Assembly (NCBI GenBank): GCA_031277105.1
Contig: JAISLW010000268.1
Span: 98,698-162,697 of the forward strand
Direction: 5' to 3'
Length of the DNA stretch: 64,000 nucleotides
Origin: Planctomycetaceae bacterium
GTDB taxonomy: Bacteria; Planctomycetota; Planctomycetia; Pirellulales; Thermoguttaceae
The stretch's first letter is position 1. Each line of letters begins with the position of its first letter. A program made the position numbers and the translations under genes. The notes under the pieces are model-generated. The model had not been told where the DNA came from. It saw only the letters and a list, made by a program, of their open reading frames with translations, and did not search any database. Shown here piece by piece: positions 17,477-25,978 of this stretch.

Positions 17477-18544
17477 TTATGGGTTATTGTGAAAACCCAA
17501 ATAATCTTTCGTACCGAAATCGATTTTAATTGCACGATTCGGGAATCCGTTCAAATCAGAGTAAGCAAAGGAATCGCCGCGTTTGACCATCTTGTCCAAT
17601 ACGGCATAATCGACCCAAAAACTACCCATCGGCATATCGTCAACATAATTACCAGTACACCAATTGTCGCCCCAACTATTCCATATCAAAAATAATTTAC
17701 GATTACCGTTAATAGTTTTTCTAGCAATTACAGCCATCGAATGACTCCAATTGCCAGACGGTTTACATACGCCGTCTTTATCTCGCACTTTAGCAAAACC
17801 CTGATTACTGCATACGTTGACCGGATAACCGTTGCCTATTAACGACCACGCTTCTTGTGCGTCGTTTACTCTAGTTGTTGAATATACGTTACGCGGTTTA
17901 GCGGCAATTTTAAGCTGTTCGCCTACGCCTGTACGTCCGAATTGTCTGGCTCGATTAGGTTGATTTATTGTTAAATCTATCGCTTCGTATTTCATACAGT
18001 ACAAAGTACCCAGCGATTGTATCGCTTTCGCTGCACCCGAACCTGTACCGCCGTCGCCGCGTCCCAATAAACCCGCAGCTTCCCGCATCAAACCGTACAT
18101 GCCATCCGCCGAATGCATCGCAATAAACTCTTGCGGCTCCCGCTTGTTGAACTCTTCAACCGCATTCAAAACCGATAAACACGCAGCCGTCGCATTACCT
18201 ACGCACGAACCAACTTCGCCCTGATTGTAAGCCTTGACTACTGTCAACGTTTCAGTACCGCCATGACCGTCCGATTGCTTCCGCTCCACAGTCCAACCTT
18301 TGACGTTGTACTTTTCAATACACGGAATTAACGCCCGATATAACAACGCATCCGCATTCGTATCCAACTTGATCAATTCCGCTACTTGCACACCGTACAA
18401 CGGCGGTATCGTCTTGACAAATTCTTCTGTAGCCTTTTTGTCTTCTATCCAGCCTTGACCAAACTCAAAACCACGTTGCCCGTAAACAACGCCGCCAGAA
18501 AACAAACAAACTAAAACCAATATTACTCGTAACAATAAATTCAT
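17477..18544 (-). CDS. secreted papain-like (C1-type) cysteine peptidase
   Basis: Q-x-x-x-G-S-C block QGEVGSCVGNATAAC, His block NWSHSMAVIA, and the N-S-W-G-x-x-W block LIWNSWGDNWCTGNY. Start set at ATG 18544; the track start is TTG. This gives the signal peptide MNLLLRVILVLVCLFSGGVVYG. Confidence 0.65.
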   Translation of the reverse strand: MNLLLRVILVLVCLFSGGVVYGQRGFEFGQGWIEDKKATEEFVKTIPPLYGVQVAELIKLDTNADALLYRALIPCIEKYNVKGWTVERKQSDGHGGTETLTVVKAYNQGEVGSCVGNATAACLSVLNAVEEFNKREPQEFIAMHSADGMYGLMREAAGLLGRGDGGTGSGAAKAIQSLGTLYCMKYEAIDLTINQPNRARQFGRTGVGEQLKIAAKPRNVYSTTRVNDAQEAWSLIGNGYPVNVCSNQGFAKVRDKDGVCKPSGNWSHSMAVIARKTINGNRKLFLIWNSWGDNWCTGNYVDDMPMGSFWVDYAVLDKMVKRGDSFAYSDLNGFPNRAIKIDFGTKDYLGFHNNP

Positions 18545-18645
18545 GATCAAGATATAAAGTAAAAGTAAAACAAAGTACAAAACGGACTATAACATAGATG
18601 TAAAAAACCGTGTCGATAAAAATAAAAGAAACAAGTCAATCACCT

Positions 18646-18691
18646 ACAAAATAAAAGGGATTACAGCGTACCCTTACGCTTATAATCCCTT
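18646..18691 (-). terminator. rho-independent terminator
   Basis: Outer stem AAGGGATTA / TAATCCCTT (18655-18663 / 18683-18691) encloses an inner stem AGCGT / ACGCT. A U-run follows on the minus strand (TTTATTTTG). Confidence 0.6.
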
Positions 18692-18726
18692 TCGTCAACC
18701 ATCATTTAAGATATGCGTTTTAACAA

Positions 18727-19008
18727 TCAAGTTTTTATTTTATATTCGTCTTTTTCTAATCTCTCTTTAACCGCTTTAAGCACGCCTTCCGTCCACGCAA
18801 CTTCACGCTCATAATTTTTCAAATCAGCAGGATCGTCCGGTTTCGATTTCTTTTGCAAATATTTGAGTCTGGCTTCTATCGATTGTATTAACGCTTCATC
18901 CGATTTTTTCGTAAATTCATTAAAAACAAACAACGAACTCATTCCCATCTTGTCATGTTGACTAGATTGCAACGATTCAAATACTGAAATATCTGCTATA
19001 TTACTCAT
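18727..19008 (-). CDS. shared-leader family protein (member 3)
   Basis: N-terminus MSNIADISVFESLQSSQHDKMGMSSLFVFNE. Confidence 0.6.
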   Translation of the reverse strand: MSNIADISVFESLQSSQHDKMGMSSLFVFNEFTKKSDEALIQSIEARLKYLQKKSKPDDPADLKNYEREVAWTEGVLKAVKERLEKDEYKIKT

Positions 19009-19041
19009 GTTTTTGTAATAGATTGTAAGGTAATCGTATGA

Positions 19042-19530
19042 TTATTTATATTTTATATCGAACCACAAATCGAATTTTGCCGCTTGATCGCGTAACGATT
19101 TTTGAATTTCATCAATATCATCGACAACAGCGTCAAACACATTTTTGCGAGCGGTTGCTTTATCCGTTTTATCTTTGAGTATATCGTTTCGTTCTTTGTT
19201 AGATTCAGTTTTTAATTGTTTCGTAATACTCATAATCTTGTTTTTTAATTTTAAATCAGTTTCAAACGTATCCTTTACTTTTTGCCAAACAGGATTATCG
19301 GCTTGTAATACGCCTTGCGTTTTAATCGCTTCTTGATATTCAGCATAAACCGCTTTTGCTTGCGGTATATGACTTTTATTGTAAGTTTCTACCAGCGATT
19401 TATATTGTGCAACTAAATCTTTGACTTTATTTAAATCATTAAATACAGCCATCGGATTTATTCCCATTCGTTCATGTTGACCGCTTTGTAGCGATTCAAA
19501 CAAACTTATATCCGCAACATTATTATTCAT
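19042..19530 (-). CDS. shared-leader family protein (member 4)
   Basis: N-terminus MNNNVADISLFESLQSGQHERMGINPMAVFND, with a coiled-coil-like remainder. Confidence 0.6.
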   Translation of the reverse strand: MNNNVADISLFESLQSGQHERMGINPMAVFNDLNKVKDLVAQYKSLVETYNKSHIPQAKAVYAEYQEAIKTQGVLQADNPVWQKVKDTFETDLKLKNKIMSITKQLKTESNKERNDILKDKTDKATARKNVFDAVVDDIDEIQKSLRDQAAKFDLWFDIKYK

Positions 19531-19554
19531 CTTTTGACTCCGCTTTTTATATTT

Positions 19555-19944
19555 TTAAACCGTAAATAGTTTTTTTATTTCTCGTTCCGCTTCTGGATAT
19601 AATTTATCTGTTATTTTATCCCATTGTTTTTTATCTTTTAACGCAACTTCGTTAGTAGGATCGTTTCGTAATATGTCGTCAATCCGAAACCATTCTCTAT
19701 TAGTCCCTCGTTGAAATACAGTTTCAAGGTCAAATAATTCGTTTTCACTTGCTTCCGATATTTCTTTTTTTATTTTCGCTTTAAGCGTTTCGGCTCTTTT
19801 ACGTGCAGATGATACGTAAGTTCTAATTTCTTTTTGCACAGCGTCTAATGCAGGCGAATTGAATACGCTCATTTGGCTTATCGATCCTGATTGACCGCTT
19901 TGTAATGATTCAAATAAACTTATATTCGCAACATTATTATTCAT
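19555..19944 (-). CDS. shared-leader family protein (member 5)
   Basis: N-terminus MNNNVANISLFESLQSGQSGSISQMSVFNS. Confidence 0.6.
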   Translation of the reverse strand: MNNNVANISLFESLQSGQSGSISQMSVFNSPALDAVQKEIRTYVSSARKRAETLKAKIKKEISEASENELFDLETVFQRGTNREWFRIDDILRNDPTNEVALKDKKQWDKITDKLYPEAEREIKKLFTV

Positions 19945-19959
19945 GTTCTTATTGTTTGG

Positions 19960-20271
19960 TTAAAGGTTGTCCGCTGAACCTTCGGAAGCCCAGCGTGCTG
20001 TATCCATCGCTTTGCGAAATCGACCGTCTAGTAATTTATGCTCTTCTGCTGTTAACTCTTTACTTTGCCACATAGACCATGCTTTTTCATACGCTATTTT
20101 TGCTTCCCTACGGGCTGCATACGCCTTTTTTGTAGTAGACTCTAACTCTTGCAATAACTTGGCTACTTCACTTGCCGTAATAGCGTTAAACACCGACATC
20201 TGACTTGTCGATCCTGTTTGACCGTTTTGTAACGATTCAAATAAACTTATATCCGCAACATTATTATTCAT
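19960..20271 (-). CDS. shared-leader family protein (member 6)
   Basis: N-terminus MNNNVADISLFESLQNGQTGSTSQMSVFNA. Confidence 0.6.
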   Translation of the reverse strand: MNNNVADISLFESLQNGQTGSTSQMSVFNAITASEVAKLLQELESTTKKAYAARREAKIAYEKAWSMWQSKELTAEEHKLLDGRFRKAMDTARWASEGSADNL

Positions 20272-20283
20272 GTTTTTACTCCT

Positions 20284-20748
20284 TTATCTAATTGATAAAC
20301 CTTTCGGTAAACTTGGTAAACTATCGCCGTATTCGCTCGTCCCTACCGAACCTGTTGAACCTGGTCTAGGCTTGGGATTCGGGTAAGGATTAGTCGAATG
20401 TAACATACGACCTAACGCAAGCGTTATTTCAATTTGCCAATTCATATATTTGATTTTGACCGAAATACTCGTTTCAATTCCAATACTCTCTTGTAATATA
20501 ATCGGCTTGGTAATAAAAACGTTTATGCCTTTGGCTTTGCACGCCTTGACCTGTTCGTCAATTAATAATTCCAATTGCGAACTTGTCAATTCTATATCCC
20601 GCAAAATATTTTGTGCCGACGCTTTGTAATCATTACTTGACGCTTGATTCCGATTGTATAAATTCGATAAATTCCAACCTACTAAAACGCCTACCAAAAT
20701 TACTATTACAATAGTAACTACTTGACTTGCTTTATTACTTTCATCCAT
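20284..20748 (-). CDS. N-terminally membrane-anchored protein, hypothetical
   Basis: 154 aa with helix VVTIVIVILVGVLVGW near the N-terminus. Confidence 0.5.
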   Translation of the reverse strand: MDESNKASQVVTIVIVILVGVLVGWNLSNLYNRNQASSNDYKASAQNILRDIELTSSQLELLIDEQVKACKAKGINVFITKPIILQESIGIETSISVKIKYMNWQIEITLALGRMLHSTNPYPNPKPRPGSTGSVGTSEYGDSLPSLPKGLSIR

Positions 20749-20756
20749 AATTCACC

Positions 20757-21242
20757 TCAATTTTTGAAAAGATTTGACAATTCGTTTAACGCTTTGATTA
20801 CATTTTGTTTGTCTGATTTATTCATTGTTTTATGCGTTTTATCTACACCTGTACTTGACCGCAAATAATTATCAATTTCGTCCGCTAATCGAGGATACTT
20901 GCCCATCAGATCGTCGCCGAAACATAAAACGCCAGCCCGCGAATTTATATCCTTGATAAAACTTGAATTCGATATTAAATTACGGTCGTCATGCTGCACA
21001 ACGTTGGCAAACGCTTTATAAAATTTTGATAACCTGTCCCTGTCCTCTTTAACCGCTTTTGACGCAATACTTCTTATATTAGCCAAATGTGTCTCTTCAC
21101 CGTATAACGTATCGGAAACAAGAACAGATTCAGCTTTCGGTTGTACGTATTGCAATCGCCATCCGTTGTAACACCAAATCACGACTACAACGAGCGCCAA
21201 AAAAACAATTACCCTGACGTTTTCATTATTACTTTTTTGCAT
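20757..21242 (-). CDS. N-terminally membrane-anchored protein, hypothetical
   Basis: 161 aa with helix VIVFLALVVVVIW near the N-terminus. Confidence 0.5.
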   Translation of the reverse strand: MQKSNNENVRVIVFLALVVVVIWCYNGWRLQYVQPKAESVLVSDTLYGEETHLANIRSIASKAVKEDRDRLSKFYKAFANVVQHDDRNLISNSSFIKDINSRAGVLCFGDDLMGKYPRLADEIDNYLRSSTGVDKTHKTMNKSDKQNVIKALNELSNLFKN

Positions 21243-21528
21243 TTTTAGTTACAGACGTTTCATTGGTTACTATCGTACCGTTCTGACTTAATTTCTCATT
21301 CAATCTGCGAATCCTAAACGCATACAAATCTGCATCAAAACCGTCTTCCCGTATTAATCCCGATTCACGTTCTATATCCTCAAAATCTTTTTTTACCTTG
21401 ATGCCAAGTAAACCTAAAAAACGTGAAAATACATCAGTTTTTCCGCCGTTTGATTTCGGCATTACCAATACCAGTAATAACACCGCTACAAGTAACCAGG
21501 GGATATATTCATTTGATATTGTAATCAT
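21229..21528 (-). CDS. N-terminally membrane-anchored protein, hypothetical
   Basis: 99 aa with helix IPWLLVAVLLLVLVM. Overlaps the next gene by 14 nt. Confidence 0.5.
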   Translation of the reverse strand: MITISNEYIPWLLVAVLLLVLVMPKSNGGKTDVFSRFLGLLGIKVKKDFEDIERESGLIREDGFDADLYAFRIRRLNEKLSQNGTIVTNETSVTKNAKK

Positions 21529-21538
21529 ATTACACTCC

Positions 21539-21877
21539 TCACTTTCGTTTTGCGTTAATACGTTTATCTAATTGACTCATGGATTTTAGCGCCCGTTCTG
21601 CTTCGTCTTTTGAGCCTTTGCCCGAATAATACGCTCTCGCTTTATCGTGATAATCAGATTCAGCCGCATTCGCTTTACGCGTTAAATGAGCAATACCGTT
21701 TGAACCGTTTTCAACATCGTCGTCTTCTTCATTACGCGTTTTCAAATTATTACGTCGTTGTTGACCGCGACTCAACGCATCAGCTAAAATACCATTTTCT
21801 ACATCGATACCAAACGCGGCATTTTGTGCCACTTGTATCTGGTCAAATAATTCTATATTCGCAATAAAATCTTTCAT
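21539..21877 (-). CDS. divergent shared-leader family protein (member 7)
   Basis: N-terminus MKDFIANIELFDQIQVAQNAAFG aligns with the ADISLFESLQ leader. Its start overlaps the stop of the 551-aa gene. Confidence 0.5.
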   Translation of the reverse strand: MKDFIANIELFDQIQVAQNAAFGIDVENGILADALSRGQQRRNNLKTRNEEDDDVENGSNGIAHLTRKANAAESDYHDKARAYYSGKGSKDEAERALKSMSQLDKRINAKRK

Positions 21878-23532
21878 TAGTTTATCTCCGTTTTTGATTT
21901 TGACGGAACAGTATCGTTGCGACGCTTTGATTTTAAGGAGTCATATAATTGTTTTGTATCGCTTACGTTACTTGACGTACTTGGTTGTTTAAGACCTTCA
22001 ACGCCTAACGTTATCGCTTCTCGCGTAAATTCCGTAATAAGTTTTTGCAATTGTATCATTTCGTCTCTTATCGTTTTTAATTCTTTCAATTGTGCAGGCG
22101 TTATATCATTTTCTTTATCTGTGCCTTTAATCGCATAAAATTGTTTCGCTAAATTTACAATTGCTTCTCTGTACAAATCAATTAAGGTTTTAATTTTCTT
22201 TTGCACGTCTGCCGGTACTTTGCCGCGTTGGTATTTTTTCAACGATATTAACGATTGTATATTTTCTATATCTTCGTCTTCTCCGTTTTCTATTTCGTCG
22301 ATTTTTTCTTTGTTTTCATTTAATATTTTTTTGATTTCATTGGCTACCGCCGCTTGTATTGTCGTCAAAAGATTCGCATCAACAGAATCATTGTTAAGAA
22401 TAATTCCATTAGTTGTAATATAAGTCGGACGGCAAATTACTTCCGTAGGCGTATCTTTATATTTAATTGTACGATCCTGTAATATCTCATAGTCTATCTT
22501 GTATAATTTTTGATGACTACTATTGATTGTATAGACTACAAAAGTGTCAAAAATATCCTCAATATAAAGATACGTATTTTTGTCTATTTTCAAAAAAGAT
22601 TCTAAAGTTGTTTGTAACAGATTTCGCAATTCTTTTTGACCGATAGTCAGCGGCGATTTTTGTTTCATTTCCTCTTTGGTTACTATCGGCGGCGTAAATT
22701 GTACGGAATCTGGCGCAACTTTTTCAGTAGCGTCTTTTGTTACCATTGCAGTACTTTTAGCAGTTTCGGGTTCCGTTGCAGGCAATATAGGCGGCGCAAC
22801 CGACGTTAAATCACTGACTTTCATTATCTCATTCGTTACAACATTATTTCCATTTGGTATTGTTACTGGCATTTTATTTTCCTTTAATATATCTACAATT
22901 TGACCTAACAATTCTTGTGTTTTGTTTTCTTGATGCAAATTTGCATCCGCCCCGTTTTCTTTATTTTGTTCCTGCGCTTGATTGACTAGTAATCCTGCGC
23001 CGTCTTGAATTGAACATGCGCCTGATTTATTCGGCAAAATAGCCAAATGATCCGCCCTGATGTTTTTGGCAACCGTATCATACCGCTCGCCTTGCCAACT
23101 GCCTGGATCAACAACACAATCCGCAAACAAACCCGTTGAAACTTCCATCGGAGTCCACGTCTCAATATGTTCCAGAACTAACGGCTCCTTATCTTCTATC
23201 TTTTCTTTATCTAGCCACGCTTCCGCTTTTAATTTTTCATCTTTCCATTGAGCGTGCATTATCATCCCGATTGCTTGCTTCTTATAAACGTCAAGATCAG
23301 TCGCCGTATCGCCCTTGAACGGATGCTGTACAGTAACAGGTTTCATATTCCACATAGCAGGCGTTTTAGATAATTCTTCTTTGGAATAATAAATTGAACC
23401 TTGCGACCCTGCATGAACGCCTTCCAAAATCATCGACATCGGTACGACAATATAAGACCTGCCGTCTAATTCTTCTTGCCGAATTAACGGTTTTTGCTCA
23501 ATATTCCATACAATCGATAAGGCTTCAGGCAT
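21877..23532 (-). CDS. DUF2213-like prohead protease/scaffold candidate with long coiled-coil C-terminus
   Basis: The N-terminal block GRSYIVVPMSMILEGVHAGSQGSIYYSKEELSKTPAMWNMKPVTVQHP resembles the DUF2213 pattern I recall (..EGV..G....Y.P.EEL.K.......P....HP). Confidence 0.4.
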   Translation of the reverse strand: MPEALSIVWNIEQKPLIRQEELDGRSYIVVPMSMILEGVHAGSQGSIYYSKEELSKTPAMWNMKPVTVQHPFKGDTATDLDVYKKQAIGMIMHAQWKDEKLKAEAWLDKEKIEDKEPLVLEHIETWTPMEVSTGLFADCVVDPGSWQGERYDTVAKNIRADHLAILPNKSGACSIQDGAGLLVNQAQEQNKENGADANLHQENKTQELLGQIVDILKENKMPVTIPNGNNVVTNEIMKVSDLTSVAPPILPATEPETAKSTAMVTKDATEKVAPDSVQFTPPIVTKEEMKQKSPLTIGQKELRNLLQTTLESFLKIDKNTYLYIEDIFDTFVVYTINSSHQKLYKIDYEILQDRTIKYKDTPTEVICRPTYITTNGIILNNDSVDANLLTTIQAAVANEIKKILNENKEKIDEIENGEDEDIENIQSLISLKKYQRGKVPADVQKKIKTLIDLYREAIVNLAKQFYAIKGTDKENDITPAQLKELKTIRDEMIQLQKLITEFTREAITLGVEGLKQPSTSSNVSDTKQLYDSLKSKRRNDTVPSKSKTEIN

Positions 23533-23572
23533 GATAATTATTTCTTGTTACGTACCTACTACAATAGAAATT

Positions 23573-23596
23573 TATATTGCTCGTACTTGAAATTCA
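23573..23596 (-). promoter_or_regulatory. conserved 24-nt intergenic box (minus strand TGAATTTCAAGTACGAGCAATATA)
   Basis: 22/24 identical to 60387..60410. In both places a GC-rich hairpin precedes it and a gene start follows it. Confidence 0.35.
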
Positions 23597-23652
23597 TTGA
23601 TATTAAAGTACAGACGCAAAGCATTGCGTCTGTATAAAAGTTAGGCAAGCGA
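23581..23652. repeat. 72-nt element, left arm of an inverted repeat bracketing the capsid gene block
   Basis: Its reverse complement matches 25898..25968 at roughly 85% by eye. Confidence 0.7.
23609..23634 (-). terminator. terminator-like hairpin after the capsid block
   Basis: TACAGACGCAA-AGCA-TTGCGTCTGTA is an 11-bp perfect stem with a 4-nt loop, about 45 nt past the stop at 23677. The trailing U-run is weak (CUUUAAU). Confidence 0.45.
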
Positions 23653-23676
23653 ATGTTAAATTAAATCGCTAACAAT

Positions 23677-24117
23677 TTAATAAATGTCTTGACCGTATCT
23701 TGGCGTTTTGTCGCCTAGCCAATGGAATCCGACACGTTTTCGCGTCTTCCCTGACTTGGCGTTTTCAATATCGCCTAATAAAGCGGCTAAACAATTGTTA
23801 TAATCTAGCAACATCGCTTGTTGCCCAAACATCGTGTTCAACAAAAACGTGTCTTGACTTATCGACGTGCTTTGACTTGCCGACCCTGCGCTCTCACTCG
23901 TAATAATTCCAGTTTGCACTTGGTGAAAATGCGCTGCCAACCACGCTTCAATTAACGCTAATAACTCATCCGTATAACCTACGCCACACTTGCATTGAAC
24001 TATCGAATTGTAAACTAACGCATGAGCCGTATCTATGTACGGCGTTAAATCCTCTTCCGGTAAAATCGAAGGATCAATTTTACGCACTTGTTCCGACGTA
24101 GTATAAAAAGGAGGCAT
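23677..24117 (-). CDS. head-tail connector/adaptor candidate (gp6/DUF4054-like)
   Basis: 146 aa. ..PYIDTAHALVYNSI...LIEAWLAAHF.. resembles head-tail connector families. It lies two genes downstream of the major capsid gene. Confidence 0.4.
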   Translation of the reverse strand: MPPFYTTSEQVRKIDPSILPEEDLTPYIDTAHALVYNSIVQCKCGVGYTDELLALIEAWLAAHFHQVQTGIITSESAGSASQSTSISQDTFLLNTMFGQQAMLLDYNNCLAALLGDIENAKSGKTRKRVGFHWLGDKTPRYGQDIY

Positions 24118-24132
24118 GATTTTTACCGTTTA

Positions 24133-24537
24133 TTATTGTTCACTTTTCAATGACTCAATGTACGTATTTAACCACTTCGTAACGCTTGTTTTTGAACCGA
24201 GTATCGAAGGCGCTAAATTTAACGGCTCTATACCTTTGACAATCTCCGACGTAACCGCATAACCGCCCGTAGCATCTTTATAAACTTTCAAATGATGCTC
24301 AATCGCCGACGGAAATGAATTTGTTACATCTTGCGCGTCCGCAAATACAAAAGTCAACCTGTTACCAACAGATTTGCCTTTAGGCACATCAACCGGAACT
24401 TCTTCGGACTTCGATACCCTTGTAAATTTACCTACAAACATTGTATCTAGCGGATACTCCGATTGAAAAATATCACCCTTCTTGAATTTGCGTTGTGCGC
24501 CTTGATGTTCGCCCTCTATTATCATAAATGTATTCAT
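24133..24537 (-). CDS. hypothetical head-module protein
   Basis: 134-aa ORF between the capsid and connector-like genes. Confidence 0.5.
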   Translation of the reverse strand: MNTFMIIEGEHQGAQRKFKKGDIFQSEYPLDTMFVGKFTRVSKSEEVPVDVPKGKSVGNRLTFVFADAQDVTNSFPSAIEHHLKVYKDATGGYAVTSEIVKGIEPLNLAPSILGSKTSVTKWLNTYIESLKSEQ

Positions 24538-24702
24538 TTCATTTGACCTCTAATATGTTATCGCTTTCATTTACACACAATCAATTAAAACCAATTGTGC
24601 TTAAAACATTACACTTTGCATTTATGCCAATTCACTTTTCTATTAACGACAGAAAAATTGACATATTTAATTACTATTTATTAACGTCAAATTTAACGTT
24701 AA

Positions 24703-25839
24703 TTACGCTGGCGGCGTTGCAGCAGGCGCTAAAGCGCCGTGTAAAATACCGCAATTACCGTAATAATCCGATTTCAAACGCGGTAACAAAATACATAACA
24801 CTTTGAAATGTATCTCAAAACCGCCTTCTGTATGCCATTGAACCGTTGTTATATCCATGCCCGTTACAGCTTGGATTGTACTTTGACTCATTTCCAACAT
24901 TACCAAAACGCCGCGCGGTAAAAATTCACACGTTCTGATACTATGCACCATTTCAATCTTTAACAACCGTTCCCGCAACGTAATACTTGAATATACGCCG
25001 GCAGTGCCAATGTTATAATCATCGTCTAAAACTTCATCAAAATCAGGACTGACGTAAATATTGAATGGCCCGTAATGATACCTGTCCATCAACGCTCGTC
25101 TGGCGTCCAAAATCTCTTTTTGCAATATACCAGGCGTCCACGAAGTATTACGCGTGCCGTCGTTGTACCAGGGATTCGTAAATACTTTTGTCAATCGATT
25201 CGGGTAATTCATTACGCCGTACACTCTGCCGCTACCATACGTATAAGAATCACTTACGCCTAACGATAATTTTTCAACTTCTTCAGCGACCATTTGTGCA
25301 GCGCCTGCCGCTGTTGAAGTATCAATCGGCATGTTTGAATTGCGTGAAACCGCTATCTGCCTAGCCGAAAATGAAAAATCCTTGTGAATAAGCGGTAACG
25401 GCATTTGATCCATGTCGTACATAGGTCGATCCGCATCGCCTTTACGCAACCCGTCCATACTGACAGTAGCGCCCGTTAGATTCGATTGCCGCTCGTATTG
25501 CCATACAGTTTTACCTAACGCATTCGGTAAATTAACGTTCAAACCTGCAGCCCGCAACTCGTTAAAAAATCGCAAACGAGGTCTAGCAGCCGTTACTACC
25601 GCTTGGTCTATCATAATCCAGTCGTCTTTACGCAACGTTGCCGCGTTTTGAGTCGGTACATTACGATAAACAGGTTTATTGTCTTTGTATTGTCCCGTGT
25701 GCTTGCTTATGTAACTCTTGCCTTTATACACAAACGGTCGAATACATCTCGGATCGAAACCGTTTTGCAAAAGTCGCGTAGCAACATCGCCGCTGCCGCT
25801 CATCGAGTCCTGACTTGCTACCATATATTCAATAGCCAT
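24703..25839 (-). CDS. major capsid protein candidate (DUF2184-like)
   Basis: 378 aa from ATG 25839 with a strong SD (GAGGAGAATAAATAAT-ATG); the track start at 25857 is a TTG inside that SD. It is the largest ORF of the head module, downstream of two scaffold-like acidic proteins. Confidence 0.6.
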   Translation of the reverse strand: MAIEYMVASQDSMSGSGDVATRLLQNGFDPRCIRPFVYKGKSYISKHTGQYKDNKPVYRNVPTQNAATLRKDDWIMIDQAVVTAARPRLRFFNELRAAGLNVNLPNALGKTVWQYERQSNLTGATVSMDGLRKGDADRPMYDMDQMPLPLIHKDFSFSARQIAVSRNSNMPIDTSTAAGAAQMVAEEVEKLSLGVSDSYTYGSGRVYGVMNYPNRLTKVFTNPWYNDGTRNTSWTPGILQKEILDARRALMDRYHYGPFNIYVSPDFDEVLDDDYNIGTAGVYSSITLRERLLKIEMVHSIRTCEFLPRGVLVMLEMSQSTIQAVTGMDITTVQWHTEGGFEIHFKVLCILLPRLKSDYYGNCGILHGALAPAATPPA

Positions 25840-25897
25840 ATTATTTATTCTCCTCAAAAATTAAAATTTTAAACAGTTCACACTTGAACTTGCTTTG

Positions 25898-25968
25898 TCG
25901 CTTGCCTAACTTTTGTACAGACGTAATACATTGCGTCTCTACTTTATAACAATGAAATTCAAGTACGA
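25898..25968. repeat. 71-nt element, right arm of the inverted repeat bracketing the capsid gene block
   Basis: TCGCTTGCCTAACTTTTGTACAGACG...CAATGAAATTCAAGTACGA matches the reverse complement of 23581..23652. Confidence 0.7.
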
Positions 25969-25978
25969 TCCGCATACT

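Noticed and set aside
25857-25857. Track start codons at 25857, 26590, 37133, 18580, 40540, 55127 and 49217.
   Set aside because: These are TTG/GTG codons, several lying inside the SD or a hairpin of the real start. Downstream ATGs with proper SDs or non-overlapping geometry were preferred: 25839, 26551, 37112, 18544, 40510, 55082 and 49175.
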